Assembly: GCA_043822705.1 (NCBI GenBank)
Contig: JBDRBK010000078.1
Span: 1 to 18,428, forward strand
Source of the DNA: Fidelibacterota bacterium
GTDB taxonomy: Bacteria; Fidelibacterota; Marinisomatia; Marinisomatales; TCS56
Length of the DNA: 18,428 bases
Reading direction: 5' to 3'
The first letter of the stretch is position 1; each line of letters begins with the position of its first letter. A model generated the notes under the pieces. That model made no database searches. It was not told where the DNA came from and worked only from the letters and a program-made list of their open reading frames with translations. The translations under genes and the position numbers were made by a program. This document shows positions 1 through 7,219 of the stretch, piece after piece.

Positions 1-60
1 CACCCGGCGACAGCCGATAATCATGATAGTTGAAGTCCATGATTATTGCAGGAGTCTGGT

Positions 61-477
61 ATGGTCCGGAAATATGCGCCGATGCTTTTCATGCTGGCCG
101 GGAATCTGATATTCGCCGGTGCCCCGCAGGTAGCGGGACAAACGTGGCCGACAATACCGGCCAGTACCATCGAAATCACCTGTGGTACCGGTATCCGGAT
201 ATCAGGGATCACTATCTACGATGTCAGCCCGGAATATTTGTACGTGGTGGATCGGGGAGAGGTGCGCAGTATCTTCATCAAATGGATCAACGAAATCCGG
301 GTGCCGATCGTGCGCCCGGAGAATGAGTGCTCAAAACTGGTTCGTTTCAAGCAGAGAATCCATGAATGGAAACCATGGTTATTTGATAAAACCTTTGTAG
401 CGACCCACCGAGTCGGTTTTCTCACTCCGACGGAAAAAGCTGAAATATTACGTCGCTTGTTTCCAGCCATGGGTTAA
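61..477 (+). CDS. Hypothetical exported protein (~138 aa)
   Basis: GGAG at 51-54 precedes ATG 61. Signal-peptide-like N-terminus (MVRKYAPMLFMLAGNLIFAG). No recognisable domain. Confidence 0.55.
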   Translation: MVRKYAPMLFMLAGNLIFAGAPQVAGQTWPTIPASTIEITCGTGIRISGITIYDVSPEYLYVVDRGEVRSIFIKWINEIRVPIVRPENECSKLVRFKQRIHEWKPWLFDKTFVATHRVGFLTPTEKAEILRRLFPAMG

Positions 478-800
478 TGTGACTTTTTCTTAGTACTGCA
501 CTGCTCGCAGCGCGGCCGAGCATCAACACGACCGCTGCTGATGCTGGTTATATATAAAAAACGCGACGTTAATAGTAAAGATAGCGGCATATTTTAGCCT
601 GTCACTGCTCGGTACACCTTTATATCTTTACAATCACCCCATGCAACGCTACCCGAAATATCAGTTTGGTTCCACCAGAGATATCAGGAATTATCATGGG
701 CCCGTGACATCCGTCACCCGCCCCGAAGAGGCGTCGTAAAGGCAAGCATATTATGAGTAACTTCACCAAGAATTTTTCATCCAAACAGAGAAGACAGACA

Positions 801-1343
801 ATGAATAGTCACATAAAAAACAATAAAATAGCGCTGATAGTGGCGCTGTTGAGCATCAACACGCTGGTTTTTGCACAAGCGGTCAATCAAACCGCCAACG
901 TATCGGCGGTCGTGTTGGAGCCCTTGGCCCTGAGTGTATTTGATGCTGTCGATTTTGGCAATATCCAGGTCGGCAGCACCCCGGTACTGAATCCCGTGAC
1001 CGGGGCCGGTACCGATGTCGGTACAGTCAATTCGATTGCCTATTTCACCCTGACCGGCAGTAACGGAGCGGCAGTATCAGTTTCCTATGATGCCACGGTG
1101 ACGCTGGGTGACGGTGGCTCCAATACGATGACGTTCACACCGAATCTGGTTGGTCATGCCACCACTCAAAGCTCGGCCACCGCCATTGCCAATGGCAGTA
1201 ATACCACCACGCTGGGTGCATCCGGTTTCACCTTCTGGCTGGGGGGAACTCTGGGGACATTGACCGGTCAGGCTACCGGAACCTATTCGTCCAGCGCCTC
1301 CAATGGCAGTGGTGATTTCACGCTGACGATTGAATATTATTAA
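801..1343 (+). CDS. DUF4402-like chaperone-usher pilin subunit 1
   Basis: Sec signal ending VFA-Q. N-terminal ANVSAVV..PL....AVDFGNI motif, T/G/S/A-rich beta composition and C-terminal GTYS...FTLTIEYY. Lies upstream of the chaperone and usher genes. ATG 801 preferred over 753 because it gives a normal signal peptide. Confidence 0.85.
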   Translation: MNSHIKNNKIALIVALLSINTLVFAQAVNQTANVSAVVLEPLALSVFDAVDFGNIQVGSTPVLNPVTGAGTDVGTVNSIAYFTLTGSNGAAVSVSYDATVTLGDGGSNTMTFTPNLVGHATTQSSATAIANGSNTTTLGASGFTFWLGGTLGTLTGQATGTYSSSASNGSGDFTLTIEYY

Positions 1344-1914
1344 CCAACAAAAGATTAGTTTAAGGAATAGAACAATGAAGAATAAACGCAATATCATGAT
1401 AATCGCGGTTTTTGCCCTGCTGATGCTGCAGACTGCAATTTTTGCACAAGCGGTCACTCAGGACGCTAATGTTGCCGCCGTGGTTCGCGAACCGCTGGTT
1501 CTGAGTGTATTTGATGCTGTTGATTTCGGTAATGTTCAGACCGGCAGCACCCCGGTGCTCGATCCTGTGACCGGCAATGGTACCGATGTTGGTACCGTCC
1601 ACTCGATCGCCTATTTCACGCTGACAGGTAGTGACGGCGCCGCCCTTTCCATCGCCTACGATGCAACGGTGACGCTGGGTGATGGCGTCGACCAGACCAT
1701 GACCTTCACGCCGAATCTGGTGGGACATGAAGATACCCAGAGTTCGGCGACGACTATTGCCAATGCCAGCAATACAACCGTTATCGGGGCCACCGGCTAC
1801 ACCTTCTGGCTGGGTGGTACGCTGGGTACCCTCACCGGCCAGGCCACCGGAACCTATTCCTCCAGCGCCTCCAACGGCAGTGGCGATTTTACGCTGACAA
1901 TCGAGTATTATTAA
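868..1914 (+). repeat. Tandem gene duplication: 868-1343 vs 1439-1914 (571-bp offset)
   Basis: Colinear, gap-free alignment from TTTTTGCACAAGCGGTCA to TATTATTAA. Many synonymous differences. Confidence 0.95.
1375..1914 (+). CDS. DUF4402-like chaperone-usher pilin subunit 2 (paralog of 801-1343)
   Basis: TAAGGA at 1361-1366 precedes ATG 1375. Signal peptide ends IFA-Q. About 130/155 mature residues identical to pilin 1 by manual count. Confidence 0.85.
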   Translation: MKNKRNIMIIAVFALLMLQTAIFAQAVTQDANVAAVVREPLVLSVFDAVDFGNVQTGSTPVLDPVTGNGTDVGTVHSIAYFTLTGSDGAALSIAYDATVTLGDGVDQTMTFTPNLVGHEDTQSSATTIANASNTTVIGATGYTFWLGGTLGTLTGQATGTYSSSASNGSGDFTLTIEYY

Positions 1915-1937
1915 TCCCGATACTGAATTCTTAATCG

Positions 1938-1974
1938 AAGGGACTCCGCTACTCAATAACGGAGTCCCTTTTTT
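1938..1974 (+). terminator. Rho-independent terminator after the pilin pair
   Basis: Perfect 11-bp stem AAGGGACTCCG (1938-1948)/CGGAGTCCCTT (1960-1970) running into a T-tract. Confidence 0.9.
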
Positions 1975-2084
1975 ATTAATTGACTATTGGTAATAATTCT
2001 GACGAATAAATTGTATGGGATAAGCAAAATATTCAGTAATTTAGCTAACAAAATTGGAAACTTGGATACAATGAGGGATAGCAT

Positions 2085-2918
2085 ATGTTGAAATTGGGAA
2101 AAACGAATTTTTTAGCGGCTATATTTCTGACAATCATAGTCGCTATGAGCAATGCCCAGGTTTCAATATCGCCGACATCAGTTTTTATTGATAACAAGCG
2201 TCGTTTCGAAACCATACTTATTTTGAACAGTACGGCGGATCCACAGGAAGTGACGATCAATTATGAATTCGGCTACCCGATTTCCGATTCCTATGGAAAT
2301 CTTTCCGTTGAGTACAATGACCCTGACAAAGAAGCTCAATACTCGATTGCCAATTGGATCAAAGGATTTCCCAAGAGTTTTATTCTGCCGGCCGGCCAGC
2401 GGCAGGTGGTTCGTTTGACTGTCAAACCACCGAATAATTTACCTGACGGAATGTATTGGTCGCGACTCAAGACGACTTCCGCCAACGTGACGCCTCCGGT
2501 AGGCGAACCAGCCGCTGATAATATTACCGCCCAGATTAATTTTCAATTTGAGCAGGTGACATCCGTATTCTACAAAAGTGGAACTTTATCGACCGGACTG
2601 GAAATCGAAAACATCAGATATGATGTTACTGATCATAAGCTCATCGTTTACGCCGACCTGAAGCATATGGGGAATTCACCATATCTGGGTAGTATGATCA
2701 TGAATATCACCGAGTTGACCGGCGCGCCAATTAAAGATAGCCGTGTCTTCATTTCCGTATATTTTGACGGCACTCGGCGAGTTGAAACCGAAATCAGCAA
2801 CCTGGTGAGCGGTGCCTATAATGCCATCGTATCATTTACCACGAAGAGAGACGATATACCTGATGAAAACCTGGTACAGGCTAATCCGACTTCGCAAAGT
2901 TTCAAATTCACCAAATAA
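2085..2918 (+). CDS. Periplasmic pilus assembly chaperone (PapD/EcpB-like)
   Basis: Signal peptide ending SNA-Q. Mature N-terminus VSISPTSVFI. Contains W...FPKSFILPAGQRQVVRL...P..LPDGMYWSRL, typical of the chaperone N-terminal Ig domain. GAGG RBS upstream. Confidence 0.85.
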   Translation: MLKLGKTNFLAAIFLTIIVAMSNAQVSISPTSVFIDNKRRFETILILNSTADPQEVTINYEFGYPISDSYGNLSVEYNDPDKEAQYSIANWIKGFPKSFILPAGQRQVVRLTVKPPNNLPDGMYWSRLKTTSANVTPPVGEPAADNITAQINFQFEQVTSVFYKSGTLSTGLEIENIRYDVTDHKLIVYADLKHMGNSPYLGSMIMNITELTGAPIKDSRVFISVYFDGTRRVETEISNLVSGAYNAIVSFTTKRDDIPDENLVQANPTSQSFKFTK

Positions 2919-5550
2919 CCTGCTGCAATTTCGTTTACTTAAATATTTCCTAATTATTTTTCTATTTAGTCCGGCCGTACCTGGTTTGGTGGCCGCCACC
3001 GGTGCAGGGAGTTACAGTGAGGAAGAGGAGATTTATCTCTCTTTCCGCTATCCCGGCGGTGTCAATACGGTGGTAATTGCTTATATGAAAGGTGACCAGT
3101 TCTTTCTGCCGGTAATGGAATTATTCGAATTATTATCGATTGACTATTCTCTGAATCCGCAGAAAATGACAATTTCCGGTTTTTATATTAATCCCCAACG
3201 CATTTATCGTATCGCTTTCAATGAATATCTGGCGCAGTTCGAGAATAACAAAATCGTCATTACGGCATCCGATTACCTGGTCCAGAACGTGGATTTTTAC
3301 CTGCGACCGAATGTTTTCAGAGTACTTTTCGGCTGGGAAGTTGATGTCGATCTGAATCGACTGGTACTGACAATTAAGACCAGAGATATTTTGCCGGTGG
3401 TCGAGAAATCCCGACGACAGGAGAAATACAGCCAGGGCGCGCTGGTTAGTGCCGATCAGATGAAGAATTATCCGATGATTGGTAATCGTGACCGTGATTG
3501 GATCAATGGCGGATTCCTGGATTATACATTTTATGGTTTTTTCTCCGGTCAGGGGTATATCACAAGCGCCAATTTAAGCGGTGGCGGGGAAATCATGTTT
3601 GGCGATTTGCAGGGAACCGTGTCGGCCGTCCAATCCAAGCATTATTCACTGCTGAATACATCCGATGTTCGCTGGCGCTATGTTTTTAATAAAAATCCCC
3701 TGGTTACGTCAACTTCGCTGGGACAGGTAAATTCGACGGGACTGCTACATCGTTCATTCACCGGTATGAATATTACCAATGAACCGGTCGAACCGAAGTT
3801 CTCATTCGATGATTACGTAATAGACGGAACGACAATCCCGGAATCCGATGTGGAATTGTACCAGAATAACCGCCTGGTCGATTATGGAAAAGCTGACGAA
3901 CAAGGCTATTATCGATTCGTTATTCCGCTGAATTACGGTACCTCGGATATCAAATTGCGAATCTACGGTCCCACTGGCGGGATTATCGAAACTGACCGGC
4001 GCGTGCAGGTACCATTCACATTTTTACCACCGGGCGAAATTAACTACAATATTGCCGCTGGCAGGAGCCAGAGTCAGGATTTGATTTGGGAGCAGCGGGA
4101 AATCGTGGCGCAGTCCAACCTGACATTCGGTGTGACAAACTGGATGACCAATAAAATCGGGGCGGATTATTTGAGATCCGAAAACAATGATCGACCGGTA
4201 TTCTATAATTCACTGTCCGCCAGAATTGCCACCCAGTATCTGTTCAATCTGGATCTGGTTCCGGATGCCTATACAAAATTATCGACCAGAGTTTTATACC
4301 CCAACTCGGGCAGCTGGAATTTGGATTTTACTAAATTCTCCGGTCAGGGCCTGCTAAATCTGTCGAACATAGATAACAGTGCTACCGTTAATCTGTATCT
4401 GCCGGTCACGGTTTTGAACATTCCCTCTACTGTCAGATTGAATTTTGATAATCAGACTTATGACGATTTCAGCCGGATTGGTTATGGCTTCGATTTCAGC
4501 AGTTTTGTTCGGCGCCTGCGTTTGCGCACCCGCTATCGTGACAACTTCAGAACTGATTATCCGGAAGATGTTGGTCAAAATGCCGAATTGTCCCTGTCTG
4601 CGATGTATACGATTCCACAATCACCCTACGTTAACAAATACCTGCGCGGCATGTATTTTCGTTCAGAGGCGCGCTACGGCTTCGATCGGTCAAAGATCGA
4701 TCGATATGAGCTGCAGATTCTAAAACAGATTCGCCGCAGTGGACGGTTTCAATTTACTTATTCACGGGATTTTGAACACCGCTATGATTCGTTCGAAATT
4801 GGTATCAATTTTGATTTTGAAACAAATCGCGCCTCCTCCAAATTCCGTTCCGTCGATAAAATACCATCGTTTACTCAGACAGTGCGCGGGTCGCTGGCCT
4901 GGGATTCCTATTATCATGAATTCGTGCCGGATAACCGCCAGCAGGTGGGGCGTTCCGGTATTTCGGTACGGATGTTCGTGGATGAAAATAATTCGGGAGC
5001 CTACGACACCGGCGAGCGGGTTATCCCTGGTAATGCCGTCCGTCTGTTGAATGCTTCCAGCCGACAGGTTACCAGGTCGGATGTTTCCCGCCTGACCCAG
5101 TTGATGGCTTACAGAAAATACGATTTTATAGTTAATGAAGCATTAATCCGCGATCCATTGCTGGTCCCGGAATATAAGGGTTTCTCCGCACTCACCGACC
5201 CCAATCGTTACAAACATATCGATGTCCCATTTTACATCACCGGTGTCATCGGCGGTCAGGTTGTGCGCCGAGGGACCACCGGACCCGAACCGGTTGGCGG
5301 TTTACGGCTACACCTGATAGGAATTGATAACGATCTGGATAAAACATTGAACACGTTTTCTGACGGTTCATTTTATTCTATGGAAATCCCACCGGGCCAG
5401 TATGAAATATCGGTCGACATAACCCAACTGGATTTTCTGGGCGTGAGATCCAATCCGGAAAAACAGTTTTTTGAAGTCAAGGCCCTGGCCGAGGGTGATT
5501 TTATCGATAATTTGAATTTTGTTCTGTCTGGAAAAACCACCACCCGCTGA
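2863..5550 (+). CDS. Outer-membrane usher-like protein with C-terminal SdrD-B/carboxypeptidase-regulatory-like domains
   Basis: ~895 aa. Hydrophobic signal (LLKYFLIIFLFSPAVPGLVA) and aromatic-rich amphipathic strands. Plug-like segment DVELYQNNRLVDY..ADEQGYYRF.IPLNYG...I.LRIYGPTG. C-terminal FVDENNSGAYDTGE and TFSDGSFY...IPPGQY. Start uncertain (2812 GTG, 2863 ATG or ~2920). Confidence 0.78.
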   Translation: MKTWYRLIRLRKVSNSPNNLLQFRLLKYFLIIFLFSPAVPGLVAATGAGSYSEEEEIYLSFRYPGGVNTVVIAYMKGDQFFLPVMELFELLSIDYSLNPQKMTISGFYINPQRIYRIAFNEYLAQFENNKIVITASDYLVQNVDFYLRPNVFRVLFGWEVDVDLNRLVLTIKTRDILPVVEKSRRQEKYSQGALVSADQMKNYPMIGNRDRDWINGGFLDYTFYGFFSGQGYITSANLSGGGEIMFGDLQGTVSAVQSKHYSLLNTSDVRWRYVFNKNPLVTSTSLGQVNSTGLLHRSFTGMNITNEPVEPKFSFDDYVIDGTTIPESDVELYQNNRLVDYGKADEQGYYRFVIPLNYGTSDIKLRIYGPTGGIIETDRRVQVPFTFLPPGEINYNIAAGRSQSQDLIWEQREIVAQSNLTFGVTNWMTNKIGADYLRSENNDRPVFYNSLSARIATQYLFNLDLVPDAYTKLSTRVLYPNSGSWNLDFTKFSGQGLLNLSNIDNSATVNLYLPVTVLNIPSTVRLNFDNQTYDDFSRIGYGFDFSSFVRRLRLRTRYRDNFRTDYPEDVGQNAELSLSAMYTIPQSPYVNKYLRGMYFRSEARYGFDRSKIDRYELQILKQIRRSGRFQFTYSRDFEHRYDSFEIGINFDFETNRASSKFRSVDKIPSFTQTVRGSLAWDSYYHEFVPDNRQQVGRSGISVRMFVDENNSGAYDTGERVIPGNAVRLLNASSRQVTRSDVSRLTQLMAYRKYDFIVNEALIRDPLLVPEYKGFSALTDPNRYKHIDVPFYITGVIGGQVVRRGTTGPEPVGGLRLHLIGIDNDLDKTLNTFSDGSFYSMEIPPGQYEISVDITQLDFLGVRSNPEKQFFEVKALAEGDFIDNLNFVLSGKTTTR

Positions 5551-5850
5551 AGCATTGGCCGATAATCGTTTCAGCTGACGCCAATAACCTCAATCATAAT
5601 CGTTTTCCGGCAGGTTCCAGGTTCTCTTGTTTGTTAGAAGTATTTTCTTTATTGATAAACTTGTTCTGAGGTATATTCCCGGTAGAATCTGATTTTCTGA
5701 TTCCTTACGGAAGTCATGGCGGCATACGGTGTGCCGTTATGATGTAATTTGGGTTGGTGTTGACTGAATTCTGTTCGAAATAGCATCAGTTTTTAGTTAA
5801 AATCACAAGGGAGGCTGGCATCCGGTGTAATTGTCAATAAACTCTGATTT

Positions 5851-7204
5851 ATGAATCTGTCTAAATCACTTGTTGTTGTTCTGTTCATTCTGTGGACCTG
5901 CGGCTGGGCCCGCTGGTCGCGGGATATTTCCTGCAATACGCAGGTGACGGATGGCCACGGCGCGGCACGTTTCCCTTTCGCAGTATCCGACGGGGACGGT
6001 GGTGCTATTATAGTCTGGACACATGAATATAATGAAATCCGCACCCAGCGAATCGATTGCCGGGGGAATAGATTATGGGGTGATGGTGGGGTCGCGATTG
6101 CCAGTGAAACCGATCTTTGGGATATTCGGGCGGTCATCGGGGATCATCAGGGCGGAGCGATTATTCTCTGGCGTGATCTGCGCAATATTTCACGCCCCGG
6201 GAATTCCGGCGATCCGACCCAGAATTTTCTTTATTTGCAGCGAATCGATAATTCCGGCAGGAGACTTTGGACTGATCAGGGCATTGTCGTGAGAGACACA
6301 CTGGGTAAATGGTCATTTACCCAAGCTGAACAATTGATCCCCGATCAGCGCGGCGGTTGTTTCATCATCTGGGCCGACTCACGTACCAGGGAATGGGACA
6401 TTTTGGCCCAGCATGTCGATTGTGATGGTGTTTCAATCTGGCAGAAAAATGGAGTCAAACTGAATACCTGGGGACCGGTCAACCTGTATTTTAAAAGTAA
6501 CAGCCGTTGCCGACCGGGAAGCAGGTTTGATTTGTAATGTTTTAGGACACCTGTTGAAAATCAATCAAAGTGGTGAATTTGTCTGGGGAAGCAACGGATT
6601 TAATCAGGTCCTGGGACTATTATTCAGTGATTCGAATGGCGGTGCGCTGGTAGTCGCGCCAAGAATGGTTTGGCGGTTCACCGAGAACGATGCTAAAAGG
6701 GAAATATTTACTATACCTACACCAAAAAGTGGGGCGGTCGAATCCGGTTTCTGGAACAGTGCTGCGGATCAGCAGGGCAATGCTTATTATTCATGGTGGG
6801 ATAGTTGCGAGGGCAAATCCCGTTTATTCACTCAGAAAATGAATTATAGCGGCGAAATCCAATGGTCCGCTGGTGGAATTCCCTATGGCGGATCACCGCT
6901 GATCAGCGACGGGACCGGCGGAATGATATACCAATATTCCGATAACCGTGGAATACCGCCATTCTCCTGGCACGTGCAGCGCATTGATCAGCAGGGCAAT
7001 CCGGTCTGGGGCCCGGACGGTGTCTGTTTCCGGGCCCGACAGGAGTATTTGACGGGCGGCTGGAGTTATCGCCTGGTGGCTGATGGCGCCGGCGGTGTCA
7101 TCATCGTCTGGGAAGAACAGGATACATCCGACTTGAGTTGGCGGATTAAAATCCAGTCAGTAGGTGCCGACGGCGAGTTGGGTCGCTGGCAGATGCCTGA
7201 TTAA
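5851..7204 (+). pseudogene. Secreted DGxGGAIIVW-repeat (beta-propeller-like) protein split by a +1 frameshift into ORFs 5851-6537 and 6527-7204
   Basis: The same repeat occurs in both ORFs (SDGDGGAIIVW, GDHQGGAIILW, PDQRGGCFIIW; SDSNGGALVV, ADQQGNAYYSW, SDGTGGMIYQY, ADGAGGVIIVW). The second frame reads AVADREAGLIC across its nominal TTG start. Only the first ORF has a signal peptide. Confidence 0.75.
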
Positions 7205-7219
7205 CCGGGAGATTAAATC

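Noticed and set aside
478..800. Invertible fimS-like promoter switch or known c-di-GMP riboswitch upstream of the pilins
   Set aside because: I saw no flanking inverted-repeat pair, no recombinase and no recognisable riboswitch consensus by eye.
868..1914. Pilin duplication as a DGR template/variable repeat or silent antigenic-variation cassette
   Set aside because: Differences are not adenine-specific and many are synonymous. Both copies have signal peptides, and there is no reverse transcriptase or recombinase in the window.
1077..1956. Minus-strand ORFs 1077-1457 and 1360-1956 that resemble each other
   Set aside because: Antisense shadows of the duplicated pilin genes.
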